Shown piece after piece: positions 1 through 10,154 of a stretch of 64,000 nucleotides of DNA. The stretch covers positions 2,496,001 to 2,560,000 of the forward strand of contig OZ242005.1 of the NCBI GenBank assembly GCA_965204725.1, written 5' to 3'. Under the pieces are notes generated by a model that worked only from the letters and a program-made list of their open reading frames with translations, was not told where the DNA came from and ran no database searches. This DNA comes from Candidatus Latescibacterota bacterium (lineage in GTDB: Bacteria; Latescibacterota; UBA2968; UBA8231). The first letter of the stretch is position 1. Each line of letters opens with the position of its first letter. A program made the translations under genes and the position numbers.

Positions 1-51
1 GCAAACAGGCCCGTATTTTTGCGATAAATAGCACCCTATTGGGAGGAACCC

Positions 52-366
52 ATGGCTTACTACATCACCGAAACCTGCATCGACGTCAAAGACAAGGCCT
101 GCGTCGAGGTTTGCCCGGTCGATTGCATCCATCCAATCGACGGCGAAGGCGAGCCCATGCTCTACATCGACCCGGACGAATGCATCGATTGCGGCGCCTG
201 CGAGCCGGAGTGCCCGGTCGAGGCGATCTTCGCCGAAGAGGATGTGCCCGAGGACCAAGACCGCTTCGTCGAGATCAATACCAAGTACTTTGAGCTGCGC
301 AACGACGCCGAAGAGTGGAACCAATGGAAGCAGGAACACGCCGCCGAATTTGAAAAAACCAGCTAG
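52..366 (+). CDS. fdxA: Ferredoxin (7Fe/FdxA-type)
   Basis: CIDVKDKACVEVCPVDC and CIDCGACEPECP motifs; GGAGG RBS upstream. Confidence 0.9.
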   Translation: MAYYITETCIDVKDKACVEVCPVDCIHPIDGEGEPMLYIDPDECIDCGACEPECPVEAIFAEEDVPEDQDRFVEINTKYFELRNDAEEWNQWKQEHAAEFEKTS

Positions 367-380
367 GCCGCTCGCTCTTT

Positions 381-427
381 GCGCGAAAAAGCCGGGACGC
401 CCCACGGGTTTCCCGGCTTTTTCGCGC
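381..427. terminator. Intrinsic terminator, possibly bidirectional
   Basis: Perfect 17-bp inverted repeat gcgcgaaaaagccggga / tcccggctttttcgcgc containing A/T tracts, immediately after the fdxA stop. Confidence 0.8.
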
Positions 428-491
428 TTGACGCTATCGCACCCACCCCGCTTATTTTTTCCCCCAACGAGCATTGCCGGAGATCGACTAC

Positions 492-1502
492 ATGGCCAAG
501 ACAACTGCCCGCAAAAAACCGAAAGCCAAGAAAACCAAGCTCCGGGCCGCGCCCGACAAGCTGTGGTTTATGTACCGCAAGATGTCCGAGATCCGCCTCT
601 TTGAAGAACACGTCTGGGATGTCTATACCCGTGGCCTGATGCCCGGCCTAGCCCACCTCTACATCGGCGAGGAGGGCGTGGCTGTCGGCACGTGCGCGGC
701 CCTCCGCGACTCCGACTACATCACCAGCACGCACCGCGGGCACGGGCATTGTCTAGCCAAGGGCGGCCAACTCGACCGCATGATGGCCGAGATCATGGGC
801 AAGGAGGCCGGCTATTGCCGCGGCAAGGGCGGCTCCATGCACATCGCCGATATGTCCGTGGGCATCCTCGGCGCCAACGGCATTGTCGGCGGCGGCTTCG
901 GCATCTGCACCGGCGCGGGCCTCTCGGCCAAGCTGCGGGGGACCGATCAGGTGGGCGTCTGCTTCTTCGGCGACGGCGCGGCCAACCAAGGCATCATGCT
1001 CGAAACGATCAACATGGCCGTAATCTGGAACCTGCCGGTCATCTACGTTTGCGAGAACAACCAATACGGCGAGCACACGCCCTACGAGCACGTCACCGGC
1101 GTCACCGACATCGCCGACCGCGCCAAAGGTCTCGGCCTCGAAGGGGTTATCGCCGACGGCGCGGATGTGCTGGAGATGTACGAAAAAGTAACCGCGGCCG
1201 TGGCCAAAGCGCGCCAAGGCGACGGCCCGAGCCTGATCGAAGCCAAAACCTACCGCTACCACGGCCATCACGTCGGCGACGCCCAGACCTACCGCACCCG
1301 CGACGAGGTCGGCTGGTGGTCTGAGAACAAGGACCCCATTCGCCTGTTGGGCCAATACATGGTCGCCAACAGGGTGGCTAAGCAGGCCGAGCTCGACGCC
1401 CTGTACGAGCAAGTAGAGCGCGAGGTCCTCGACGCCATCGAGTTCGGCAAAGAAGCCTCCTTTCCTCCGCCAGAACAAGCTTTTGAGGATATATATGCCT
1501 GA
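492..1502 (+). CDS. TPP-dependent 2-oxoacid/acetoin dehydrogenase E1 alpha subunit
   Basis: HLYIGEE, STHRGHGH, GKGGSMH, GDGA...N TPP motif, YRYHGH; ATG at 492 chosen over the TTG at 474. Confidence 0.9.
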   Translation: MAKTTARKKPKAKKTKLRAAPDKLWFMYRKMSEIRLFEEHVWDVYTRGLMPGLAHLYIGEEGVAVGTCAALRDSDYITSTHRGHGHCLAKGGQLDRMMAEIMGKEAGYCRGKGGSMHIADMSVGILGANGIVGGGFGICTGAGLSAKLRGTDQVGVCFFGDGAANQGIMLETINMAVIWNLPVIYVCENNQYGEHTPYEHVTGVTDIADRAKGLGLEGVIADGADVLEMYEKVTAAVAKARQGDGPSLIEAKTYRYHGHHVGDAQTYRTRDEVGWWSENKDPIRLLGQYMVANRVAKQAELDALYEQVEREVLDAIEFGKEASFPPPEQAFEDIYA

Positions 1503-2478
1503 TCGGGACATGCTGTTTAGAGAAGCGATTGGCCTCGCCACGGCCGAGGAGATGCGACGCGACGCGACCGTCTTTGTCATGGGCGAGGACGTGGGGGCCT
1601 CGGGCGGCATCTTCAAATGCTGCGAGGGCCTCTTCGAGGAGTTCGGCGCGGAGCGCGTCATCGACACCCCCATTGCCGAGGCGGGCTATATCGGCCTCGG
1701 CGTCGGGGCCGCCATGACCGGCATGCGCCCGCTGTGCGAGCTGATGTTCGGCGACTTTTCCCTGTTGACCATGGACCAGATCGTCAATCAGGCCGCCAAA
1801 ATTCGCTACATGTCGGGCGGCCAGTGCAAGGTGCCGCTGACGATCCGGCTGTCGATGGGGGCCGGGCGCTCTTCGGCCGCGCAGCACTCGCAGAGCTTGC
1901 ACGCGCTTTTTGCCCACATTCCCGGGCTCAAAGTCGCCATCCCCGCGACGCCACGCGACGCCAAGGGCCTGCTCAAGACCGCGATCCGCGACGACAACCC
2001 CGTGCTTTTCTTTGAAGACAAGATGATGTACAACGACTCCGGCCCCGTGCCCGAAGACGACGATTTCCTCATCCCTTTTGGCGCGGCCGAGATCAAACGC
2101 GCCGGCACCGACCTGACCCTCGTCGCCACCTCTAGCATGGTCGGCGTCGCCTTGGCCGCGGCCGAAGCGCTCGCCGCCCAAGGGCTAGAAGCCGAGGTCG
2201 TCGATCCGCGCACCCTAGTACCGCTCGACAAAACAACCCTGCTCGCCTCGGTGCGCAAAACCGGCTATGCGGTCGTAATAGACGAAGGCGTTGAGCGCTA
2301 CGGCACCACGGCCGAGCTCGCTTCCATCCTCAACGCCGAGGCATTCGACTGGCTCGACGCGCCCGTCTTGCGCATCGGCGCGGCCGACGTGCCCATCCCC
2401 TTCAGCCCAGCCCTCGAGATGCCGACCATTCCCAGCCAAGAGCGCATCGTCGAGACCGTCCTGTCCCAGCGAGGGTAG
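1495..2478 (+). CDS. 2-oxoacid/acetoin dehydrogenase E1 beta subunit
   Basis: MGEDVG, DTPIAE, AQHSQS, DPRTLVPLD; overlaps the alpha subunit stop. Confidence 0.9.
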   Translation: MPDRDMLFREAIGLATAEEMRRDATVFVMGEDVGASGGIFKCCEGLFEEFGAERVIDTPIAEAGYIGLGVGAAMTGMRPLCELMFGDFSLLTMDQIVNQAAKIRYMSGGQCKVPLTIRLSMGAGRSSAAQHSQSLHALFAHIPGLKVAIPATPRDAKGLLKTAIRDDNPVLFFEDKMMYNDSGPVPEDDDFLIPFGAAEIKRAGTDLTLVATSSMVGVALAAAEALAAQGLEAEVVDPRTLVPLDKTTLLASVRKTGYAVVIDEGVERYGTTAELASILNAEAFDWLDAPVLRIGAADVPIPFSPALEMPTIPSQERIVETVLSQRG

Positions 2479-2481
2479 GCT

Positions 2482-3387
2482 TTGTCGCGCCCGGCGTGCT
2501 TGGTCACGGGCTCTTCGAGCGGGATTGGCGCGGCCATCGTCCGCCAATTCGCGGCTCAAGGCTACGACGTGGTGGTCCACTACAACGCCGGAGAGGAACG
2601 CGCCGCGCAAATTGCCGCGGCCATTCGCGCCGAGTACGCCGTTGAGTCCTTGGTCCTCGGGGCCGATCTCTCGCAGCCAGCGGCCCCTTTCGACTTGGTC
2701 GACCGCACCTTCGCGCACTTTGGCCGCCTCGACGTAGCGGTTAGCAACAGCGGCGTGGCCAACTACGTGGCCGACGAACAGGGCCAGCTTGCGCGCTACC
2801 GCTTCAGCGACACCCCGGTCGAGCACCTCGACAAGGAGATGGCTCGCGTCCTCAGCCTCAACCTCATGGGGGCCTACCGGCTGACTCAACGCGCCCTCAA
2901 GCTCATGGCGACTCAAGCCGCGCAAGAAGCCGATCCCCTTCACCGCAGCATCCTCTTGATTACCTCCATCTCGGATACGGCCCCGGAGAGCACCCGCATT
3001 CCCTACGGCGTCAGCAAAGCCGGCCTCAATCACGTGGTCGCGGGGGCGGCCTTCGACGGCGGGCCTCATAATATCACGGTCAACGCCCTGCGCCCCGGCG
3101 TCGTCGATACGCCGATGACGAGCCGCCCTTCGGGCGTGGAGGATCCGCAATCGGGCCGCGAATTCAGCGTGGCCGAGATCTACGGTTTGATGGCCGCCGG
3201 GGGTTCCCAACCCATTCGCCGCATCGGACGCCCCGAGGACATCGCCTTCGCCGCCTACGCCTTCACCCAGATCCCCTACATGACCGGCCAACTCATCGCC
3301 GTTGACGGCGGCTTTACCCTGCCCGGCAATTTTCCCAACCGCGAAGTCTTTCTCCAAGAGGGTCTGCGCAAGCGACGATCTGGTTAG
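2482..3387 (+). CDS. Short-chain dehydrogenase/reductase (SDR)
   Basis: TGSSSGIG Rossmann motif, YGVSK catalytic YxxxK, VNALRPG, TGQLIAVDGG. Confidence 0.9.
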   Translation: MSRPACLVTGSSSGIGAAIVRQFAAQGYDVVVHYNAGEERAAQIAAAIRAEYAVESLVLGADLSQPAAPFDLVDRTFAHFGRLDVAVSNSGVANYVADEQGQLARYRFSDTPVEHLDKEMARVLSLNLMGAYRLTQRALKLMATQAAQEADPLHRSILLITSISDTAPESTRIPYGVSKAGLNHVVAGAAFDGGPHNITVNALRPGVVDTPMTSRPSGVEDPQSGREFSVAEIYGLMAAGGSQPIRRIGRPEDIAFAAYAFTQIPYMTGQLIAVDGGFTLPGNFPNREVFLQEGLRKRRSG

Positions 3388-3444
3388 CAGCATTCGGCAG
3401 CCATGCTCGGCGCGCCGTTTACCCCATCCCCACGGAGGATCGCC

Positions 3445-4716
3445 ATGATTCGCTTCGTCCTTTTTGTCCTCGTCCTCGCCTTCGTCGCCTGCTCCGACCC
3501 GGCCCCGGTAGCCCCGCACTCTGCGGGCAAAGCCAACTGCGCCTTGTGTGGGTTTTTGGGCGACGACCGCTACACCGCTACCGACCTGCTTTTCGCCGAC
3601 GCCAATCTGGATCGGGCGGTGCGACAGGCGTTGGGCCGCCCGCAAGGACGCCTTACCTCAGAGGACCTCGCTTCTCTGACCGCGCTTTCGGCTAGCAGTA
3701 AAGATATTCGTAGCTTGGGGGGCCTTAGACAACTTACGGGCCTACAAACGCTCACTCTGAGCGACAACCAGATAGCCGATATAACCCCATTGACCCAACT
3801 GACCAACCTGAAACGGCTAGACCTGAAGAACAACCAAATAGCCGATATAACCCCACTCGCCGACCTGACGAACCTGCTTTTACTAGACCTGAGCAATAAC
3901 CAGATCGTCGATATAACTCCACTGACCCAACTGACCGAGCTGTCAAAGCTGTATCTGAACGGCAATCGGATCGCCGATATAATCCCGCTAGCCCAAATGA
4001 CCAATCTGTCAGATCTACATCTGAACTGGAACCAGATTGTCGATCTAACCCCGCTGGCTCAAATGACTGAGCTAAAAGATCTGAAACTAAGGGGCAACCA
4101 GATCGCCGACCTGACCCCGTTGACCACCTTAGACCCGAACTGGCTAGACCTAAGTTTCAACCAGATTGTCGATCTAACCCCACTGAGCGTCTTAGACCTC
4201 TTAACCCTACAGCTAAGAGGCAACCAAATTGCCGACCTAACCCCGCTGACCACCTTGAAAAGCCTGTATTGGCTCGATCTGGGCAATAACCAGATCGCCG
4301 ACCTGACCCCGCTGGCCGCCTTGAAACATCTACACACACTATTTCTGGATAACAATCAGCTATCCGATCTAACCCCGCTGGCCCAAATGATCCGCCTAGG
4401 TTGGCTGTATCTGGAACATAACCAGATAGTTGACCTAACCCCGCTGGCCTCACTGACCCAACTGACAGGACTGCTTCTGAACGACAATCAGATCGTCGAT
4501 CTAACCCCACTGACCCAACTGACCAACCTGAATAGGCTGCATCTGCACAACAATCGAATTGCAGACTTGGCCCCCTTAGTCGCCAATCCCGGCATAGATG
4601 AAGGCGTTCCGGGGTGGGTGGATTGGGTAGTTTTGCGAGGAAACCCTCTCAACAGCCAAGCTCTTACCCAACAGATTCCCGCCTTGAGAGCAAGGGGCGT
4701 CAACGTCGAATACTAG
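3445..4716 (+). CDS. Internalin-like LRR lipoprotein (~14 repeats)
   Basis: GGAGG RBS, signal peptide with FVAC lipobox, 22-aa LxxLxLxxNQIxDLTPL repeats, N-cap FADANL and C-cap IPALRARGVNVEY. Confidence 0.85.
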   Translation: MIRFVLFVLVLAFVACSDPAPVAPHSAGKANCALCGFLGDDRYTATDLLFADANLDRAVRQALGRPQGRLTSEDLASLTALSASSKDIRSLGGLRQLTGLQTLTLSDNQIADITPLTQLTNLKRLDLKNNQIADITPLADLTNLLLLDLSNNQIVDITPLTQLTELSKLYLNGNRIADIIPLAQMTNLSDLHLNWNQIVDLTPLAQMTELKDLKLRGNQIADLTPLTTLDPNWLDLSFNQIVDLTPLSVLDLLTLQLRGNQIADLTPLTTLKSLYWLDLGNNQIADLTPLAALKHLHTLFLDNNQLSDLTPLAQMIRLGWLYLEHNQIVDLTPLASLTQLTGLLLNDNQIVDLTPLTQLTNLNRLHLHNNRIADLAPLVANPGIDEGVPGWVDWVVLRGNPLNSQALTQQIPALRARGVNVEY

Positions 4717-4816
4717 CCCCTCCTCAGCGAAAGGTCCTACCGTGAAAGCCCAACGTCCGCTGGGTCTGGCCCTGCCGATCTAGCCCCATTTTATCCCATC
4801 CCCAAGGAGCATCGCC

Positions 4817-5923
4817 ATGATTCGCTTCCTTTTTGTCTTCGTCCTTACCCTCGTCGCCTGCTCCGACCCGGCCCCGGTAGCCCCTCCTCCCGCCGGCAAA
4901 GCCAACTGTGCTTTGTGCGGTTTCTTGGGTGACGACAAGTACACCATTGCCGAAGGGCAAGGGGGCCATGAAAGCCCCGACAGCTCGGCCGAAGCCGATA
5001 GTACACAAGCAGACGCCGAAACCGATACCGATACCGATACCGATACCGATACCGATAGCACACAAACCGACACCTCTTCGTCCTCGGCCTCCGATCTAGA
5101 AAGTTTTTTGGGGGACGACCGCTATACCGCTACCGACCAGTCTTTCGCCGACGCCGGTCTGGAGCGGGTGGTGCGACAGGCGTTGGACCGACCGCAAGGA
5201 CGCCTTACACCAGAGGACTTTGCTTCCCTGACTCGGCTCAACGCTAAACATAAGAACATTCAAAGTTTGGTCGGCCTCCAACACCTTACGGCCCTGCAAT
5301 GGTTGAACTTGCATGACAACTACATTACCGATGTGGGGCCGCTGGCCAGCCTGACCCACCTAGATACGCTATGGCTGTGGGACAACTACATTACCGATGT
5401 GGGGCCGCTAGCCAGCCTAACCAATCTGAAAGTACTGAGTCTGGATGAAAACCAAGTTGCCAATGTGGGGCCGCTGGCCAATATGACCAACCTGAAAGAA
5501 CTGTGGCTGAGTGACAACCGGGTTGCGGATGTGGGGCCGCTGGCCGGATTGACCAATCTACAATGGCTGGTCTTGTCGTCTAACCAAGTTGCGGATGTGG
5601 GGCCGCTGGCCAGTATGACCAACCTGCAATGGCTGGATTTGCAGGGCAATAGGGAAATTGCCGATATAAGTCCACTGGCCACCCTGACTAACCTGCAAGT
5701 GCTGTGGATAACCTATAGCCGGGTTTCGGATATAGAGCCGCTCGCCAATTTGACCAGCCTACAATGGTTGGATCTGGCTGGCAACCAGATTGCGGATGTG
5801 GAGCCATTGATGGGGCTGACCAACTTAGAGGCCCTTCATTTTCAAGACAATCCCCTCAGCGACCAAGCCATCAACGAACACATCCCCGCCCTGAAAGCAA
5901 GGGGCATATCCGTCCATTACTAA
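4817..5923 (+). CDS. Internalin-like LRR lipoprotein with acidic Ser/Thr stalk (~9 repeats)
   Basis: LVAC lipobox, N-terminus near-identical to the 3445 gene, TD-repeat linker, LRR repeats, same C-cap. Confidence 0.85.
   Translation: MIRFLFVFVLTLVACSDPAPVAPPPAGKANCALCGFLGDDKYTIAEGQGGHESPDSSAEADSTQADAETDTDTDTDTDTDSTQTDTSSSSASDLESFLGDDRYTATDQSFADAGLERVVRQALDRPQGRLTPEDFASLTRLNAKHKNIQSLVGLQHLTALQWLNLHDNYITDVGPLASLTHLDTLWLWDNYITDVGPLASLTNLKVLSLDENQVANVGPLANMTNLKELWLSDNRVADVGPLAGLTNLQWLVLSSNQVADVGPLASMTNLQWLDLQGNREIADISPLATLTNLQVLWITYSRVSDIEPLANLTSLQWLDLAGNQIADVEPLMGLTNLEALHFQDNPLSDQAINEHIPALKARGISVHY
5021..5056 (+). repeat. In-frame hexanucleotide microsatellite (ACCGAT)6
   Basis: Six perfect tandem copies encoding (TD)6. 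Confidence 0.95.
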
Positions 5924-5974
5924 ACCCGCCGCCATAGATTGACGATCCTATCGTGGTCGATTATCGTTCAAGGC

Positions 5975-6705
5975 ATGGTCGATTTGCAGAAGATAAAACC
6001 TCGCTTACAACGTCCGATATTGGCCCAAGTCCTGACCCAATACCCCGTTGTCGTCGTGCATGGGGCGCGTCAGACCAGCAAGACCACCTTGGCTCAAGGG
6101 TCGCCTATAGGCCAAGGGCGCGCCTTCCTTTCCTGTGCGCGGTCCATAATGGCCGTTTGCTCAACATAGCGTCCCTCGCCACAGACGCGGGCCTCGCCGC
6201 GGCCACAGCCCGGCGCTATATCAATCTATTGGAACTTTCTTTTCAGTTGACCCGAGTACCCGCCTACGCCGTCAACCGCGGCAAACGCTTGATCAAAGCA
6301 CCTAAACTGCTGTGGACCGATACTGGACTGGCGGCTCATTTGGCCGGCATCGCCGACGCGAACAACTTGGTGAGAGGACGGGAATGGGGCTTTTGGCTAG
6401 AAAACTGGGTGGGCAACCACCTGCTGGTTTGGGCGGGGCTACACGTGCCGAGGCTCCATATAACGCACTGGCGCACGGCCGATGGCCGCGAAGTAGATTT
6501 TGTCGTTGAAACCGGCCATCGGCTTATGCCCGTGGAAGTGAAGGCTACGCCGAGGCCATCGAGCAAGGATTTGGTCGGATTGAATGCTTTTCTCGATACC
6601 TATGAGGCCGCATCCTTCGGTGTGGTCGCCTGTCCGTGCCCGGCCCCCAAGGTTTTGTCGTCCCGCGTCATTGCCCTGCCGCTGAACCAGTTGTTGCTCT
6701 GCTGA
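5975..6705 (+). pseudogene. Internally deleted AAA_14/DUF4143 ATPase
   Basis: N-terminal fragment with degenerate Walker A (GARQTSKTT) in one frame; C-terminal DUF4143 part (KRLIKAPKL..DTGL, EVDFVV, PVEVK) in another; the central portion is missing at ~6130. Confidence 0.75.
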
Positions 6706-6733
6706 GACAGGATTAATTGAAAGGAAGCTCCCC

Positions 6734-8161
6734 ATGCCGACGACGATCCTTCGATTAGGAATGCTCCTAATCTTAGCGGCCCTTGGCGTTCCAGCGGCAG
6801 CACAGACCGAATTATTCTTTGCCGCGGGCGTCGATAGCACCGGCTGGGCGCAGGCGCAAAGCAATGCCGACGGTCACGTGCTGATTGAATCGCCGCAGTA
6901 TCCGCGCGGCCTGTGGCTGCACTTGGTCGATGACGCGGGGGACGCGCTCGCTGGCCTGCAAGTGGAATACCAAGAGCAACCCGACCGCTTGGTGGCAATT
7001 CGTTGCGTCGATCCGGTTGGCGCGATGCGGGAGACGCTGGTTTGGACGCGGCCCGAAGGGGACGCCCTCCGCTTGACGCTCAAGCCGAAAGAAGCGGGCG
7101 ACCTGCCAGCGGGGCTAGCGTCCATAGACTGGCAAATCAACCCGAGCGTTGTATCGCTGCTCGATCCCGTGGAGGACATCTGGCCGGTCGGCTGGGAAGC
7201 GGTGGCGGCGTTTTTGCGAGCGCGGTGGCAGGATCAAGCCGGACGAGTCGCCATCCAACTTGATGCCAGTGCTTCCTTCGCCGTTGAGCTAGATCGCCCA
7301 GAGGCCATAGAGACGCTGGTGGCGCACCTGCAACAGGTACTGCAGTCAGCCGAGGCCGCACTCGGAGCAATCAATCCCTTGAAAATGCAAATGCAGGTAT
7401 TTGCGGGGAATCTGGGGCTGCAAGAAGGCGTGATCCTCCGCGTCTCTTGGTTCGACGACCCGAATCTGGAGCATGAGGTGGAGGCGGCACTAGGCCGACC
7501 ACAAGGCCCCTTTACACCAGAAGACTTTGCTACGCTGACCGAGCTTTCGGCTAACTCGAAAGACATTCGTAGTTTGGCGGGTATCGAGTACTTTGCGGCC
7601 CTGCGAAAGCTGGAGTTATACCTCAACCACATTGCTGATCTGACCCCACTAAGCCAACTAAAAAACCTAAATAGGCTAAACCTGAGATCCAATCAGATTG
7701 TTGATCTGACCCCGATAAGCCAACTAAACAGCCTACACGGGCTATATCTTGACGACAACCAGATTGTTGATCTGACCCCACTAAGCCAACTAAAAAACCT
7801 GAGGTGGCTATCTTTTGACGACAACCAGATTACTGATCTGACCCCGATAAGCCAACTAAACAGCCTAGAGTCGCTACGTCTGGGCGACAACCAGATTGTT
7901 GATCTGACCCCGATAAGCCAACTAAAAAACCTGAGGTGGCTATCTCTGGGCGGCAACCAGATTGACGATCTGACCCCGATAAGCCAACTAAACAGCCTAG
8001 AGTGGCTATATCTGGGCGGCAATCAGATTGTTGATCTGACCCCGATAAGCCAACTAAAAAACCTGAATAGGCTATATCTGTTCGGCAACCCCCTCAGCGA
8101 CCAAGCCCTCACTGAGCATATCCCCGCCCTGCAAGCACGAGGCGTCGAAGTCTACTACTAA
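6734..8161 (+). CDS. Secreted LRR protein with uncharacterised N-terminal domain (~8 repeats)
   Basis: Sec-type signal (AAAQ), ~220-aa N-domain shared with the next two genes, LRR array, C-cap IPALQARGVEVYY. Confidence 0.85.
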   Translation: MPTTILRLGMLLILAALGVPAAAQTELFFAAGVDSTGWAQAQSNADGHVLIESPQYPRGLWLHLVDDAGDALAGLQVEYQEQPDRLVAIRCVDPVGAMRETLVWTRPEGDALRLTLKPKEAGDLPAGLASIDWQINPSVVSLLDPVEDIWPVGWEAVAAFLRARWQDQAGRVAIQLDASASFAVELDRPEAIETLVAHLQQVLQSAEAALGAINPLKMQMQVFAGNLGLQEGVILRVSWFDDPNLEHEVEAALGRPQGPFTPEDFATLTELSANSKDIRSLAGIEYFAALRKLELYLNHIADLTPLSQLKNLNRLNLRSNQIVDLTPISQLNSLHGLYLDDNQIVDLTPLSQLKNLRWLSFDDNQITDLTPISQLNSLESLRLGDNQIVDLTPISQLKNLRWLSLGGNQIDDLTPISQLNSLEWLYLGGNQIVDLTPISQLKNLNRLYLFGNPLSDQALTEHIPALQARGVEVYY

Positions 8162-8234
8162 ACCCACCCCCACCCGTCCCTCCGCTGCGAAAGGCCGCGC
8201 CGATTTTGGTATCCCTATCGCATTTATCGTATTA

Positions 8235-8361
8235 TCCCAATAGACCAAACGCGCTCGGCCGGCGTCATAATAGATCGAAGGGCGCGTCTCCACGTTAAAC
8301 GTCACAGGCTGGGAAACCGAGTAGGGAACCTTGTCATGTACCTGTCCATCCTTCGATTAGG
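8235..8361 (+). repeat. Direct repeat copy 1 (upstream region and start of LRR gene)
   Basis: Near-identical to 10028-10154 (tcccaatagaccaaacgcgctcggccggcgtcataat...accttgtcatgtacctgtcc). Confidence 0.9.
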
Positions 8362-10036
8362 AATGCTCCTAACACTGGCGGCAGGCGTTCCAGCCGTAGC
8401 ACAGCCCGAATTATTCTTTGCCGCGGGCGTCGATAGCACCGGCTGGGCACAGGCGCGAAGCAATGCCGATGGCCACGTGCTGATTGAATCGCCGCAGTAT
8501 CAACGGGGTCTGTGGCTGCACTTGGTCGATGACGCGGGGGACGCGCTCGCCGGCCTGCAAGTGGAATACCAAGAGCAACCCGACAGCTTGATTGCCATTC
8601 GCTGCGTCGATCCGGTTGGCGCGATGCGGGAGACGCTAATTTGGACTCGGCCCGAAGCAGACGCCCTCCGCTTGACGCTCAAGCCGAAAGAAGCGGGCGA
8701 CCTGCCGGCGGGGCTCAGCCGCATGGACTGGCGCATTGATCCAACTGCTGAAGCACTGTTGGAGCCGGTGGCGGAAATCCGGCGGATTGGATGGGAAGCG
8801 GTGGCGGCGTTTTTGCGAGCGCATTGGCAGAATCAAGCCGGACGAGTGGCAGTGCAGTTCAATGCCCGCACCTTGGCGATTGAAGTGGATCACCCAGAGG
8901 ACGTCGAGACGCTGGTGACGCACCTGCAACAGACACCGCAGCCAGCCGATGCCGCGCTCGGAACAATCAATCTCTTGGCAATGCAGGTATTTGCGGGGAA
9001 TCTGGGGCTACAAGAAGGCGCGATCCTTCTCCGCATCCCTTTGTTCGACGACCCGAATCTGGAGAGCGTGGTGAGGAAGGCACTAGGCCGACCACAAGGC
9101 CCCTTTACACCAGAGGATTTTGCTTCTCTGACCGAACTTTCGGCCATCAGGAAATCCATTCTTAGTTTGGCGGGTATCGAGTACTTTGCGGCCCTGCGAA
9201 AGCTAGTGTTATACGGCAACCTGATTACTGATCTGACCCCAATAGGTCAATTAAAAAGCCTAGATACGCTAGGGCTGGGCGAGAACCGGATCGTTGACCT
9301 GAACCCAATTAGCCAACTAAACAGCCTGAAACTGCTATCTCTTGCCTACAACCAGATCATCGACTTGACCCCACTAAACGAACTAAAAAGCCTGAATGCG
9401 CTATATCTTGGCGAGAACCGGATCGTTGACCTGACCCCAATTAGCCAATTAAAAAACCTGCGATTCCTAGAGCTGTCCCATAACGAGACTGACGACCTGA
9501 CCCTAATTAGCCAACTAAATAGCCTAGAGTGGCTCGGCCTGTCCGGCAACCAGATTGACGATCTAACCCCAATTAGCCAGTTAAAAAACCTGAATAGGCT
9601 ATGGCTGTCCCATAACGAGATTGACGACCTGAACCCAATTAGCCAATTAAAAAACCTGCAATACCTATTCCTGAGCAGAAACCGGATCGTTGACCTGAAC
9701 CCATTAAACCAACTAAAAAGCCTGCAACACCTACGTCTGGACGAGAACCGGATCGTTGACCTGAACCCAATTAGCCAACTAAAAAACCTGCAATACCTAT
9801 TTCTGAACAGAAACCGGATCGTTGACCTGAACCCAATTAGCCAACTAGACAGCCTGAAGCACCTAAGACTGTCCCGCAACCCGATTACCGACCTAAGCCC
9901 TCTAGTCGCTCATTCCGGGCTAGGAGACGGTGATGAGGTGTATTTGGAAAGCATTATCCTCAGCGACCAAGCCCTTACCGAACATATCCCCGCTCTGAAA
10001 GCGCGAGGCGTCACTGTTTACTATACTTCCCAATAG
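8336..10036 (+). CDS. Secreted LRR protein paralog (~12 repeats)
   Basis: Same signal peptide, N-domain and LRR caps as the 6734 gene. Confidence 0.85.
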   Translation: MYLSILRLGMLLTLAAGVPAVAQPELFFAAGVDSTGWAQARSNADGHVLIESPQYQRGLWLHLVDDAGDALAGLQVEYQEQPDSLIAIRCVDPVGAMRETLIWTRPEADALRLTLKPKEAGDLPAGLSRMDWRIDPTAEALLEPVAEIRRIGWEAVAAFLRAHWQNQAGRVAVQFNARTLAIEVDHPEDVETLVTHLQQTPQPADAALGTINLLAMQVFAGNLGLQEGAILLRIPLFDDPNLESVVRKALGRPQGPFTPEDFASLTELSAIRKSILSLAGIEYFAALRKLVLYGNLITDLTPIGQLKSLDTLGLGENRIVDLNPISQLNSLKLLSLAYNQIIDLTPLNELKSLNALYLGENRIVDLTPISQLKNLRFLELSHNETDDLTLISQLNSLEWLGLSGNQIDDLTPISQLKNLNRLWLSHNEIDDLNPISQLKNLQYLFLSRNRIVDLNPLNQLKSLQHLRLDENRIVDLNPISQLKNLQYLFLNRNRIVDLNPISQLDSLKHLRLSRNPITDLSPLVAHSGLGDGDEVYLESIILSDQALTEHIPALKARGVTVYYTSQ

Positions 10037-10154
10037 ACCAAACGCGCTCGGCCGGCGTCATAATGGATCGAAGGGCGCGTCTCCACGTTAAACGTCACAG
10101 GCTGGGAAACCGAGTAGGGAACCTTGTCATGTACCTGTCCATCCTTCGATTAGG
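10028..10154 (+). repeat. Direct repeat copy 2
   Basis: Near-identical to 8235-8361. Confidence 0.9.
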
